Source: Planctomycetota bacterium (lineage in GTDB: Bacteria > Planctomycetota > UBA11346). Taken from it: a stretch of 64,000 bases of DNA. Below are positions 36,778-47,016 of the stretch, piece after piece. The position numbers were made by a program, and so were the translations under genes. Every line of letters starts with the position of its first letter. Within the stretch, counting starts at the first letter, position 1. The stretch is taken from the NCBI GenBank assembly GCA_038231435.1, contig JBBRLJ010000001.1, positions 1-64,000 of the forward strand, written 5' to 3'. The notes beneath the pieces were generated by a model. The model did not search any database, had not been told where the DNA came from, and worked only from the letters and a program-made list of their open reading frames with translations.

Positions 36778-37802
36778 CACTGATCTCCGTGCACGATGTT
36801 GTCGCGCGAGCCGTCGAGATCATCTCCCGCGGGCACGACGGCATCCGCGGTGGTCTGCAGGATCCCATCCGGACCCGGATCCCAGCGGAACACCCCGTCA
36901 GGGCCGGCGGACATCAGCCGCAGCGCTCCGCCACGAGAGTAGCTGCTGAGTATCTCGTGCCCCCAGGCGTCGTAGAGCCCGAGACCGCGCAAGCGGTAGA
37001 GCTTGTACGCCCCCCCATCCAGAATCCGTCCTGGCTTCCATCTCGACTCGCCACCGGAAGGCTCGGGAGACCACAGCAGACCGGCGTGGATCAGCGCCGC
37101 GTCGTCGGGCGGACTGAACAGCGCCTTGAGACGGGCGAGCTCCGTGGAGACGTTGCTGTTCCCGAACAGGTAGTCGATCGCCTGCTGGTTATCCTGCGGC
37201 GTTCCCGCGGAGATGACATGGCTGAGCTTCTCTGTGTAGAGCGGATTGCTGTTGTCGTACGGCGGCGGAATGGTGGTCGCCGGAGGCGCCGGTTTGGGCA
37301 GCCTGAAATAGTCGGTGACCGCCGACTGGTCCGCGCCTATCACGTACAAGTACTCGCGGCGCATGCCGAAGAGGATCGGCACCGCCGGATCGGCGAACAG
37401 GTCGTCAGGCATCATCACCCGGTCGCCGTTCGAGGTCACCGACCATTCGTCGACGCCCTTGAGCGCTTGCCCCGCTGGATTCACCACGGTCATCGCTCCG
37501 CCGACGACGCTGCCGTCCGGCTGCAGGATGCGTCCACGCAAGCCGACGAATGGCGAGCGAGGGGCCTTCGAACCCGCGAGCGGGTGCTCGCTGGGGGCGG
37601 GCGCTCCGCCCTTGTTGGCCACCGTCAGCTCGATGCCCTGGCGGATCTCGGCGAGGATCACGTTGGTCTTGGATTTGGCGGTGGACCTCTTCAAGACGTT
37701 CACCGTTCCGAGGACGATGCCCGCGAGTATGCTGATGATCACCACCACCATCAGCAGTTCGATCAGGGTGAACGCCCGAGCGAACTCAGAACTCCTGCGC
37801 AT
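36777..37802 (-). CDS. Prepilin-type protein (GspG-like paralog 2)
   Basis: RA|FTLIELLMVVVIISIL; DAWGHEI...MSAGPDG...DNI. Confidence 0.87.
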   Translation of the reverse strand: MRRSSEFARAFTLIELLMVVVIISILAGIVLGTVNVLKRSTAKSKTNVILAEIRQGIELTVANKGGAPAPSEHPLAGSKAPRSPFVGLRGRILQPDGSVVGGAMTVVNPAGQALKGVDEWSVTSNGDRVMMPDDLFADPAVPILFGMRREYLYVIGADQSAVTDYFRLPKPAPPATTIPPPYDNSNPLYTEKLSHVISAGTPQDNQQAIDYLFGNSNVSTELARLKALFSPPDDAALIHAGLLWSPEPSGGESRWKPGRILDGGAYKLYRLRGLGLYDAWGHEILSSYSRGGALRLMSAGPDGVFRWDPGPDGILQTTADAVVPAGDDLDGSRDNIVHGDQ

Positions 37803-38367
37803 TCGCCACTCCGATCGAATAGATCGCGATTCCCACGCGGACCTGGTCGTCCAGGCTGCGCACGCTGAACGGAGCATCCGGAACGGCGCCGATGTTGGTC
37901 GGCACCATCGGCGATCCCGTCTGGATCGGAAAGCCGGTCCGGGACTGGTACTGCCAACCTTTGTTGGATGTCATCGGCACATTGCCGTCGAAGACCACCA
38001 CGTTGCGATTGAATGGGATCCTGCATACCGGCTTAGCGGGAGCGCCACCGTCCGTCAGGATGGTCGCGCGCGTCGCGTCGAGGCCGTAGGTCACCGCCAC
38101 GTAGGAAGGGAGGCCGTCATCGACCACCACCACCACGCCGTAGCGCATCGGCGAGGCTTGGCCGGATCTGGCGAGCCCCGTGGCGATGGACGAGGCGTTC
38201 ATGATGCTGCTCGCGGCGTCCGAGATCCGCCCCTTGCGCAACGCCCCGAGCAGGCCGGGAAGCGACATGCTGGCGAGGAGCATGATGATGCCGAGCACCA
38301 CCACCATCTCGATGGCGGTGAAGCCAACGCGGGCGCGCGGGCACCGATGCGCGGAGCGGTCACTCAT
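37786..38367 (-). CDS. Prepilin-type protein (GspH/FimT-like)
   Basis: VG|FTAIEMVVVLGIIMLL..SLP; AASSI..A...AR pattern. Confidence 0.85.
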   Translation of the reverse strand: MSDRSAHRCPRARVGFTAIEMVVVLGIIMLLASMSLPGLLGALRKGRISDAASSIMNASSIATGLARSGQASPMRYGVVVVVDDGLPSYVAVTYGLDATRATILTDGGAPAKPVCRIPFNRNVVVFDGNVPMTSNKGWQYQSRTGFPIQTGSPMVPTNIGAVPDAPFSVRSLDDQVRVGIAIYSIGVANAQEF

Positions 38368-38980
38368 TGTTGGCGCCCGACCAGCTGGTGATGTCGTCCA
38401 GCGTGCCGTCCTGGCCATCGGGACCGAGCGACCAGACGCCGAAGCCGTCCGCCCCGTAGGTCTTGACCGAGAACGCGATGTGCAGTGGATGCCGCCATGC
38501 GTCCACGACCTGGCGCTGCGCGTTCATCTGCTCCTTGCGCAACGGCACGTTCGGGTTCATGGCCACGAAGCCACCGTACCCCGACTTGATGAGTTCGTCC
38601 CAGAAGGGCCCGTCGCAGGTCGGCCCGGCGGCGGCTCCGGGGAGTCCGTCGAGAATCCCGTCGCCCTGCATGAGGTTAGGGCCTCCGCCGGGCGGCTCAT
38701 TCATGTCCCAGAGATGACCGAGGCGTTCAAGCCTCGGGCCGGTCGGATCCGATGGGTCCGGAGCCGACACGGTCCAGGTGCGGGTGGAGTAGACGTTGAT
38801 CGCCGTGGCGACGGCATGGACCAGCATGCGCGTGCCCTGGATGCGCGCGCGATTCCTGGTCGAGGTCAGGATGCCGTAGCCCATTCCGGACAATGCCGCG
38901 ATGATCGAGACGACGATCATCATCTCGAGCAGTGAAAACGCATGGCGGCTGGGCCGTCGAATCCGGACTGCGACGCGCAC
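38360..38980 (-). CDS. Prepilin-type protein (GspG-like paralog 1)
   Basis: HA|FSLLEMMIVVSII; VVDAWRHPL...VWSLGPDGQDGTLDDITSW (GspG C-terminal signature); GTG follows GAGGA. Confidence 0.88.
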   Translation of the reverse strand: MRVAVRIRRPSRHAFSLLEMMIVVSIIAALSGMGYGILTSTRNRARIQGTRMLVHAVATAINVYSTRTWTVSAPDPSDPTGPRLERLGHLWDMNEPPGGGPNLMQGDGILDGLPGAAAGPTCDGPFWDELIKSGYGGFVAMNPNVPLRKEQMNAQRQVVDAWRHPLHIAFSVKTYGADGFGVWSLGPDGQDGTLDDITSWSGANNE

Positions 38981-39303
38981 GATCAAATCCTCGACTGGGA
39001 TAGTATACCCGCCGACCACTCGCCGTGCGCGACCCCGCAGGTGCTCCCCGCCCACGCTTGCTAAATGGGTCGGATGGTCGCCGCCTCGATCGTGGCTAAC
39101 GCCCGATTGCAACCTTCGCAACCGATGGCGCGGCATCTGCGGCATATCCTCCTCCGATCTCATGCGGTATCCTCTCCGGTTAGGGCACTCGGCGATCATG
39201 CCTCCGTCCGGACGGAGCCTCCTGACCGTTCAACCCGGGTGGCACGCCCGGGGCCGAGTGGCCTTGCGGGTACTGGACGTCCGGTTTACCTCGGTAAGCA
39301 TAT

Positions 39304-39320
39304 CTATATATTAGTGAATC
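39304..39320. promoter_or_regulatory. Candidate operator CTATATATTAGTGAATC in the pilin divergon
   Basis: Matches the sites at 19922 and 56586; overlaps TTTACC-N16-TATATT. Confidence 0.65.
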
Positions 39321-39431
39321 ACTATAGGCTGCCCGTCTCCCGTTCCACGGAAAGGCCCTGATGACGTCTCCCGCCTGCTCCGCTAGCATGTCCGCCACGA
39401 CCGCAGGAATTCGCCGCCCTTGAAACCGACC

Positions 39432-41462
39432 ATGCGCAAATCATTGAACACGCTGAATTTGCACAGGCGCGGCATGACCCTCTTCGAGGTCGCCATCTCG
39501 CTGGTCATCATGACCGTCGGCATCCTCAGCTGTATCATGCTGTTTCCGGCGGGCATCAAGGCGCAGCAGATGGCGAAGATGAAGCTGCTCGCCGGGGCCA
39601 AGGCCCAGGAGATGGTCGACAGCTTCGTGTCCTCGACCACCGCCAACCCGACCATCGATGTCGAGGCGTACAATCCCTGGGACGTCCCCGTCACCTATCG
39701 TAGCCTGAGCTGGGACCTCGAAACCAGACTGTCATCGCACCGCTTCGGCATCATGCCCCTGCCACTCGAGATCGCGCGCCGCCTCGATTCGGAGAACGAC
39801 GAGATCCAGACCATCCTCGACCAGGGCGGCTACATCTACTATTCGCAGCCGAACGCCGTCTCGAGCATGCAGGAGACCTCGCTCGAGGCCGCGCCCGCCA
39901 ACGAAAACCAGACCCTCATCTTCGCGGTGACGGGCTACGCACAGCAGGATTCGCTGACGATCTTCCCGTGGAAGGCCTGGCCCTATGTGGGCAACTATCC
40001 CTCGCCGCCGCTGCACGCGTACCGGCCGACGGGCGGAGCGGAGAATATATTCACCTCGGGGCTGACCGGGAACTTCGTCTTCCATTACTGGACGCATTGG
40101 GACTTCGGCGACTCGACCGGCGTGACTCCCGAAGAGCTCGTCGATCCGAGGATGGTCACCGTGCTGCAGGCGTACGAGGACTACGAATACGGCACGTCGC
40201 CCACCGACCAGGGTCCGACCGAGGCGAAGTGCATCGCCTACATCCAGGCCGCACTGGCGTACTGCGTGGCAGTGGGCGTGCCGTCCTACTTCTACGATCC
40301 ACCGGTGGCGCCGGATCCCACCTTCATGCCCGGGGTCGGCCTCCAGTTCACGCCGATCAAGGAGTTCGAGGGCTGGACATCCGCGCAGACCGCGGCTCCT
40401 GCTGCGCACCTGCAGGTCCAGGCGATCCGCTTCCTCGCCCACGCCGCCGCATGCATCACCTATTACCACCGGCTCAACGAATTGGGCGGACAGCCGTCGG
40501 TGGCGGGCAGCGGTTTCCCCATACCCGCGGCCGCCACCGCTATCGGCGCATCGCCCGCCGTCGAGTTGACCCACGACAAGCTGCTCTACTACCACGAGAG
40601 CTGCCTGAATCTCGCGATGCTGTTCGCGTCGCGTTTCCCCTACGACTTCGGCGCGCCCCGGCCGATCCAGCGCTCGATCATGATGGATCACCCCCTGTTC
40701 GAGCCCGACCTCTTCGGCGCGCCGCTGTCGGGCACCCATTTCAACGGCAATCCGCTCGCGCCTGGGGTCTCCACCGCGCAGCATTGGCGACCGATACCCG
40801 GGCAGCCGCTGAAGAATCCCGGCGCCAGCTATTCGTTCCCCAACCGTCCGCTGCCGGCCGCCGGGAACCCGTTCTGGGGCGACCAGGCCCACTTCACCCT
40901 GACCAGGAAGTTCCAGCCCAAGGAGCGTTGCCGTCAGATCGTCTTCTGGTCGGCCGATTGGCAGAGCTACCAGGATTTCGAAACCGCGCCGAGCGCGCCG
41001 GTCGACGCTGGCAAGTATCCCATCGCCGCGCCGCTCGCCGGCGTCACCTTCGACCAGCGGCTGTCGGCGGTGAGCTTCCGCGACGAGATGATGTACGCGT
41101 TCCGCAATCCCGAGAAGACGCTGCTCTTCGTCCACGACATGACCGGGACCATTGCCACGCCACCGCCGGCGCCCTCGCGGGTACAGACGGGGACCATCCT
41201 GTCGAAGAAGAACGAGGTCGACATCCTGCTCACTCCGAACGACGCGAATCCCCACGTGCCGCCGGACCGCATCCCCTCGGCCCCGGCAACCCCGGATCAG
41301 ATCGCGACGGCCAAGATGATCTTCACTGGCCAATACGGCGCCGATCGCAACTTCAATTACCGCCTCGACCGTGGGCCGGTGCCCCCCTCGGTCCGCCTGC
41401 GCGCGACGCAGGTCGCCCGCTTCAACTTCTACGATGGGCGCGTCCCCGCGCCCATCCGGTGA
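39432..41462 (+). CDS. Large prepilin-type protein (PilV/GspI-like N-terminus)
   Basis: RRG|MTLFEVAISLVIMTVGILS..LFP.G followed by ~640 aa of unassigned domain. Confidence 0.82.
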   Translation: MRKSLNTLNLHRRGMTLFEVAISLVIMTVGILSCIMLFPAGIKAQQMAKMKLLAGAKAQEMVDSFVSSTTANPTIDVEAYNPWDVPVTYRSLSWDLETRLSSHRFGIMPLPLEIARRLDSENDEIQTILDQGGYIYYSQPNAVSSMQETSLEAAPANENQTLIFAVTGYAQQDSLTIFPWKAWPYVGNYPSPPLHAYRPTGGAENIFTSGLTGNFVFHYWTHWDFGDSTGVTPEELVDPRMVTVLQAYEDYEYGTSPTDQGPTEAKCIAYIQAALAYCVAVGVPSYFYDPPVAPDPTFMPGVGLQFTPIKEFEGWTSAQTAAPAAHLQVQAIRFLAHAAACITYYHRLNELGGQPSVAGSGFPIPAAATAIGASPAVELTHDKLLYYHESCLNLAMLFASRFPYDFGAPRPIQRSIMMDHPLFEPDLFGAPLSGTHFNGNPLAPGVSTAQHWRPIPGQPLKNPGASYSFPNRPLPAAGNPFWGDQAHFTLTRKFQPKERCRQIVFWSADWQSYQDFETAPSAPVDAGKYPIAAPLAGVTFDQRLSAVSFRDEMMYAFRNPEKTLLFVHDMTGTIATPPPAPSRVQTGTILSKKNEVDILLTPNDANPHVPPDRIPSAPATPDQIATAKMIFTGQYGADRNFNYRLDRGPVPPSVRLRATQVARFNFYDGRVPAPIR

Positions 41463-41469
41463 TCCGCCA

Positions 41470-43005
41470 ATGACCCCCTCGCGACGTCATGTACCCGGCT
41501 TCACGCTCATCGAGCTGATCATCGCGGTCTCGCTGTCGACCGTCATCGTCTACATGGCATTTTCGGCGTTTCGCGTCGCGGCCCAGTCGATCTCGATCGC
41601 CAACCGCATGTCGCTCGAGAACCAATTGATGCGCGCCGGCTTCGTCTACGCCAACGAGGCGGTGGATTTCTGGACGGATCTCGACAACCCCGACAGCGCC
41701 GCTCCACTCGCCCACCCGCTGCGCGGGACCGACGACAACGGCTGCGCGCCGCTTCCTGGCATGCCGGCGGACTGCTACCAGCAGGGCCTGCCGTTCACGC
41801 CCTTCGCCTCGACCTTCCCCGCGCCCATCGCCCCCGCGCCGCTCGATCCCGAGCGCAAGCCGGAATGGGACGGTTCCGACATGGCCTGGAGCGCATCCAA
41901 TCCCGCCGCGTGGTGGCGCGGCGATACCTGCCAGTCCTGGCAGTTCGACCTCACCCACGGCTTCTACTCGATCTTCGCCAACGCCGATTCGGACAGCGCC
42001 ACTCCGTCGAGCGTCGACAGCTACTGGACGACCTACGATGCCGACCCCGCGCTCGGCAACGGCAATCCCGCATGGAACGGCTACGATCCGACGCGTTCGC
42101 CCTACCAGGATTACTGGCAGACCCGCGCCTACGCCTCGACCGCGAGCGGGCTCACCGTCAGGTCGCCACATCCGTGGCTTTACCGGCAGATGCGCGCACT
42201 GTTCAAGAGCATCGGCTATTTCGGCTTCTGCGATTACCTCCCGGCCAACAGCATGCTGGGCTGGTACCAGCGGTTCTCGCATCAGGAACAGGGCACGAAC
42301 CCGCGCAGCCCAATGTGGCTGCGCCTGCGACCGTCGCAGCTGCAGGATACCGATCAAGGCGGCGTGCCCCTCAAGCTCATCGCCAATGGCGGCCAGTGCG
42401 ACGGCAACTTCAATCGCGGACGGGACTTCTTCAACGAGACCGACTGGGACGCGCGCACCATTCCAGGGCGTTTCAACCTCACGCACCAGGGCCTGGTGGC
42501 GCTGCCGGCTCCGGTCATGCGCATGACCTACAAGGCGATCTACGACACCAACGGCATCCTCGGCTACCGGCCGCTACCCGGTCAGCAATCGCAGGCTCCC
42601 CTGGTGGTGTCCGACCTGTTCAGGTACTCCTACTTCAACTGGGCATGGGTCTCGATGTGGACGGGAGCCGGCCCGGGCGGATTCGCGGACCAGAGCACCC
42701 TGCAGTGGTTCAACGACCACACCGCGATGGGAGATTGGCCGCTGCAGGTCCGTCCGTCGCACTGGCCCAATCTCACCATCGGCGTCCAACGCTACCTGCG
42801 CGACTCGCACTTCTTCAATCTCTGCCGTGTGAACATCACCTCGCCGCTCACCGGGGAAGCCAAGGAGCTGAACTTCACCACCTTCGGCACCACCTTGCGC
42901 GGTGCCCGGCAGCAGCGCGGCAAGAACGCCGGCTGGGCGAAGTGGGATGACGCCGGGACAAGCTTCACCTACGATCCAGCGATCTCGCACTTGGACGCCC
43001 CATGA
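41470..43005 (+). CDS. Prepilin-type protein (PilW/GspJ-like)
   Basis: PG|FTLIELIIAVSLSTVIVYMAF; aromatic-rich body. Confidence 0.85.
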   Translation: MTPSRRHVPGFTLIELIIAVSLSTVIVYMAFSAFRVAAQSISIANRMSLENQLMRAGFVYANEAVDFWTDLDNPDSAAPLAHPLRGTDDNGCAPLPGMPADCYQQGLPFTPFASTFPAPIAPAPLDPERKPEWDGSDMAWSASNPAAWWRGDTCQSWQFDLTHGFYSIFANADSDSATPSSVDSYWTTYDADPALGNGNPAWNGYDPTRSPYQDYWQTRAYASTASGLTVRSPHPWLYRQMRALFKSIGYFGFCDYLPANSMLGWYQRFSHQEQGTNPRSPMWLRLRPSQLQDTDQGGVPLKLIANGGQCDGNFNRGRDFFNETDWDARTIPGRFNLTHQGLVALPAPVMRMTYKAIYDTNGILGYRPLPGQQSQAPLVVSDLFRYSYFNWAWVSMWTGAGPGGFADQSTLQWFNDHTAMGDWPLQVRPSHWPNLTIGVQRYLRDSHFFNLCRVNITSPLTGEAKELNFTTFGTTLRGARQQRGKNAGWAKWDDAGTSFTYDPAISHLDAP

Positions 43006-44075
43006 CCACCTTCAGGCAGATGAGCCGCATTCGCCAGGGAACCCTGCTGATCATCGTCTCCGGACTGTGCGCGATGCTGATGTCGCTCAGCCTGATGTTT
43101 CTGGCGCGCATGCGTGGCGACGCGCGCGACATCCTGCTGGTGACGCGCATGTCCCAGGCCCGGCTCATGCTGGTTGCCGGTTGCAACTACATCCAGGAAG
43201 CCTCGCGCCTCGGTTGGGAATACCATCCCGCCCCGGCCGGATGGGCGGGATCGGCGACCTCGATCGCCATCAACCCCGCGGATCCCTCGCAGCGCGAGAG
43301 CTACGGCTGGATCGACGTGCGCGACGGCTACATGGGCCCGAAGAACACCGAATACACCGACGTCAACGGCTTCGACGCGGCCTGGCGCGCCGCCCACCCG
43401 AAAGCGACTACCCCCAGCCAGAACTTTCCGATCGGCTCAGTGGCGCGCTGTCCGATGTATGTGATGCGCCGGCCGCCATGCGCGATCCAGCTCACCGTCA
43501 CCTACAACCCGATCTCCAGCGATCCGGCGTCTCCCGATTTCGGCCTGCCCTACTTCAAGAACCTGGATCCCAAGCCGCAGCTCGGCCCGGGCGCACCGAG
43601 CTACGCCGACTGGGTCGACCCTCAGGCGTCGGATCCCGACCAGCCGCTCAGCCCGCGCCAGGAATCGGTGAACCTCGCCTGGTTCCGCGTCTACCGCGAT
43701 GGCCCGGCCACCTTCGTCATCACCTGCGGCGCCGGCCCCACCCAGGGCTTCCGCTCGTGGGCAGAGATGACCGCGGCCGACCGCGACATATACGGGAACG
43801 ACCAGCCGTACTTCGAGGATCTGCTCGCCCAGGAATACTGCACCTGGTACCGCGTCGAATGGAGTGCCGCCGTGCAGGACCTCGAATACCACATCATGCC
43901 GCAGGAGCACAATCGCAACGTCTACCTCTACGACTCGATGAACATCAGCCACATGTTCGGCTTCGCGGCCGGACCGAACCAGAACACGTGGAACTGGGGC
44001 CTGACCCACCAGCGCAACATGGTAGGCACCATCAAGTGGGTACAGCGACTGGTCGATCCGCCGACGAAGTGGTGA
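43002..44075 (+). CDS. Prepilin-type protein (PilX/GspK-like)
   Basis: RQG|TLLIIV with no Glu5, as is typical of K/X pilins; QARLML.AG; ATGA overlap. Confidence 0.78.
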   Translation: MTTFRQMSRIRQGTLLIIVSGLCAMLMSLSLMFLARMRGDARDILLVTRMSQARLMLVAGCNYIQEASRLGWEYHPAPAGWAGSATSIAINPADPSQRESYGWIDVRDGYMGPKNTEYTDVNGFDAAWRAAHPKATTPSQNFPIGSVARCPMYVMRRPPCAIQLTVTYNPISSDPASPDFGLPYFKNLDPKPQLGPGAPSYADWVDPQASDPDQPLSPRQESVNLAWFRVYRDGPATFVITCGAGPTQGFRSWAEMTAADRDIYGNDQPYFEDLLAQEYCTWYRVEWSAAVQDLEYHIMPQEHNRNVYLYDSMNISHMFGFAAGPNQNTWNWGLTHQRNMVGTIKWVQRLVDPPTKW

Positions 44076-44204
44076 CGTCCACCTACGGCAGGTGACAGAC
44101 GACCGGTGATGGTGAGAGGCAGATGGCGGACGAGTGGTTTTTCGTGAAAATTCCTGTTCCTGACTCAGGCCGTGGAAAAGGAACCGATCGTCACGCGACA
44201 GCAG

Positions 44205-46856
44205 TTACCCAGCGACGAGTCCCACTGTCTGGAACCGATAGGTTCCAGATCCCACGCGGAATTCGATGCGCCCGTCTCCGGTGCCTGCAAATTCCACTCC
44301 CTCCGCGGCGACAGCGGGCCCGCTACCCTCGCTGACTCCGTCGAGCGACGCCGCCGGGATGCGCACCGTCGCTGTGACGTTGGCGGGGATGGTCACCACG
44401 AGGGTGAACACCCCGCCTTCCTTCGTCCATGAGCTCGAGATCGCACCGCGGACAGAGTCGTAGGTCGCCGACGCATGGGTGATATCGCCCACCGGATGTG
44501 GAGCGATCACCACCCGGGCGAACCCGGGAATCTCGGGATCGCAGCTGATGCCGGCGATGGTCTCCACCATCCACGCCGCGATGTCGCCGAACATCACGTG
44601 GTTGAGTGAGTTCCCGCCATTCCAATCCTCCCACAGGGTGGTCGCGCCACGGCTGATCATGTTGCCCCAGCCCGGCCACTCGTCGGTCGCGGCCATGCGG
44701 TAGGCCAGGTCCGCGCGGCCGCCCGCGGACAGTGCCCGCGGTACGTACTTCGCGCCGAGGATGCCGCAGTCGATGCGATGGCCGCGCCGAGCGACTTCGT
44801 CGGCGAGTGCCGCGAGCACCTTGGGCCTTTCCGCATCCTCGGCCAAGCCCTGGTAGAGGGCGCAGGCGAGCGCGGTTTGCGAACCGTCGGCGTAGGTGCC
44901 CTCGCCGGGATGGTAGAAGCGGCGATTGAACGCGTCGCGGATCGAAGACGCCAGGGCGGAGTAGCGCTCGGCCTCGGCGGTCAGGCCGAGCAGACGCGCG
45001 GTCTCGGCGACGATGCGCGTATCGACGAACCAATAGGCGGTCGAAGTCAGCGCGGCGGGCGTCTCGACCCTCGGCGGCAGCCAATCGCCAAGTCCGATCG
45101 AGACGATGCCGTCGACGGACATCATGCCGAGGTAGTCGACATAGCGCTTGAGACGCTGGTAATGCCGGATCAGCGCGGTGGGGTCGCCGTAATAACGGTA
45201 CAGATACCAGGCGATCAGATGGTAGGCGCTGTCCCACGCTGGCCCGTTTCCCCATGCGTAGCCCCAGCCGCTGGTGGGGACGATGCCGGGAAGCTCGCCG
45301 CTGTCGCGCTGCTCATCGAAAAGATCGTCGAGCCACTTTTCATAGTAGGTGATGGCGTCGAAGTTGAGCAGGCCGAGTTCGGCGGCCAGATGCGCATCGC
45401 CAGTCCAGCCGTTCTTCTCGCGGTGCGGGCAATCCGTGGGAATGCCCTGGTTGTTCGAGCGGTAGGCCCACAGCGACGCGCGATGGATCTTCTCAAGCAT
45501 GGCGTTTGAGCAGGCGAAGCTGCCCGCGGGCGTGAAGCCCGTATGATGGACCCTTCCGACCAGATTGTCGGCGCTCAGTTCGCCAGGCCAGCCACTGATC
45601 TCGGCGTACTGGAAACCGTGGTAGGTGAAGCGCGCCTCCCAGGTCTCGCGCCCGCGGCCATGGCAGGTGTAGACGTCGGTCTGGAAGCGTTGCGGTGGAT
45701 CCGTCTTCACCATGTGCTCGCCGGTCTTCGTGGTGACCAGCGTGCCATCTTCGGCGAGGATTTCGCCATAGCGGATGGTCACCTCGGTTCCGGCAGCTCC
45801 TTCGAGCGAGATGCGCAGGTGGCCAGCGAAGTTCTGGCCCATGTCCACTACGTGGATGCCTGGGCGAGGCCGGGTGATGCGCACAGGACGCAGCTCCCCA
45901 GTCACCCGGATCGGCGGCATGCGCTGCGCCGAGAGCACGCCTCCGGGCGGCTTCGCCATGACGGTCTGCTGCCAGAGGGCGTCGTCGTATCCGGGGGTGT
46001 CCCAGCCAGGCCGCTCCAGCCGAGCGTCGTAGCTCTCGCCTCCGTAGATGCTGTCGTAGACGATGGGGCCGGTCGCGGTCCTCCAGCGCTCGTCGCTGGC
46101 GATCGTCTCGGCGCGACCGTCGGCATACTCGATGTGCAGCTGCGCGAGCAGGCGCGGCGCGCCGCGCCACGGCGCGCGGTCAAAATACCAGACCGCCTGG
46201 GCGTGGACATTGTACCAGCCGGTGCCCAGGATCACGCCCAAGCAGTTGCCCCCCTGCCGGATCAGCGCGGTGACATCGTGCACGGCGTACAGGGCGCGGC
46301 GGTCGTAGCGAGTGTAGCCTGGATCCAACAGCCGATCGCCGACGACCGCGCCGTTGAGCGAGAGCTCGTGGTAGCCCAGGCCGCAGATGAAGATGCGCGC
46401 GCGTGTCACCACGCCCGCGGCGGAGAACTCGTGCCGAAACATGGGTGCAGGTGCCGCCGCCGTATCGGAATTGCGGCCGATCCACCTGCCGGTCCAGTCC
46501 CCGATGTCCAGCATCCCCATCTCCCAGCACGCGGGCGGGCTCCAATCGCCGGCCACGCCGTCGCGGTCCCAGACGCGGACTATCCAATGGCAGAGCCGGC
46601 GCGAAGTGAGCGGCGTGCCGGCGTAGGCCACGTGCGCGGTCTGGCCGGAGGCGACGCGGCCGCTGTCCCACAGATCCGCCGCGCCGTCACGCAGCAGCGC
46701 CGGTGAACTGGCCACCAGTACCCGCCACGCGCTCTGGGATTGGGCGCGTTCGGTCGACCGCACTTCCCAGCTCAGTCGCGGAGCCGGACTGTCCACCCCC
46801 AATGGATCGTCGGAGTATTCGCAGCGCAGACGATGGATCGTGAGGGCGCAGGGCAT
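44205..46856 (-). CDS. Alpha-L-rhamnosidase, GH78
   Basis: LRCEY..DPLG, DMGQNFAG, FTYHGFQY, PTDCPHREKNGWTGDA, GATTLWEDW, SLNHVMFG. Confidence 0.93.
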   Translation of the reverse strand: MPCALTIHRLRCEYSDDPLGVDSPAPRLSWEVRSTERAQSQSAWRVLVASSPALLRDGAADLWDSGRVASGQTAHVAYAGTPLTSRRLCHWIVRVWDRDGVAGDWSPPACWEMGMLDIGDWTGRWIGRNSDTAAAPAPMFRHEFSAAGVVTRARIFICGLGYHELSLNGAVVGDRLLDPGYTRYDRRALYAVHDVTALIRQGGNCLGVILGTGWYNVHAQAVWYFDRAPWRGAPRLLAQLHIEYADGRAETIASDERWRTATGPIVYDSIYGGESYDARLERPGWDTPGYDDALWQQTVMAKPPGGVLSAQRMPPIRVTGELRPVRITRPRPGIHVVDMGQNFAGHLRISLEGAAGTEVTIRYGEILAEDGTLVTTKTGEHMVKTDPPQRFQTDVYTCHGRGRETWEARFTYHGFQYAEISGWPGELSADNLVGRVHHTGFTPAGSFACSNAMLEKIHRASLWAYRSNNQGIPTDCPHREKNGWTGDAHLAAELGLLNFDAITYYEKWLDDLFDEQRDSGELPGIVPTSGWGYAWGNGPAWDSAYHLIAWYLYRYYGDPTALIRHYQRLKRYVDYLGMMSVDGIVSIGLGDWLPPRVETPAALTSTAYWFVDTRIVAETARLLGLTAEAERYSALASSIRDAFNRRFYHPGEGTYADGSQTALACALYQGLAEDAERPKVLAALADEVARRGHRIDCGILGAKYVPRALSAGGRADLAYRMAATDEWPGWGNMISRGATTLWEDWNGGNSLNHVMFGDIAAWMVETIAGISCDPEIPGFARVVIAPHPVGDITHASATYDSVRGAISSSWTKEGGVFTLVVTIPANVTATVRIPAASLDGVSEGSGPAVAAEGVEFAGTGDGRIEFRVGSGTYRFQTVGLVAG

Positions 46857-47016
46857 CGGTGGTCTCCGGGATCGGAGCAGACTCGGGACATCCGCCGCTG
46901 GACAAGGGTGGTGTGCGGTCGAGGCACGACGGCGGGAGATGCACCTCCTCGTCCGTGTCGTCGGAACGGTCGGAGCGCCGTCGTGTCGTCGCTCGACGAG
47001 CGTCAGTCACGAATGG

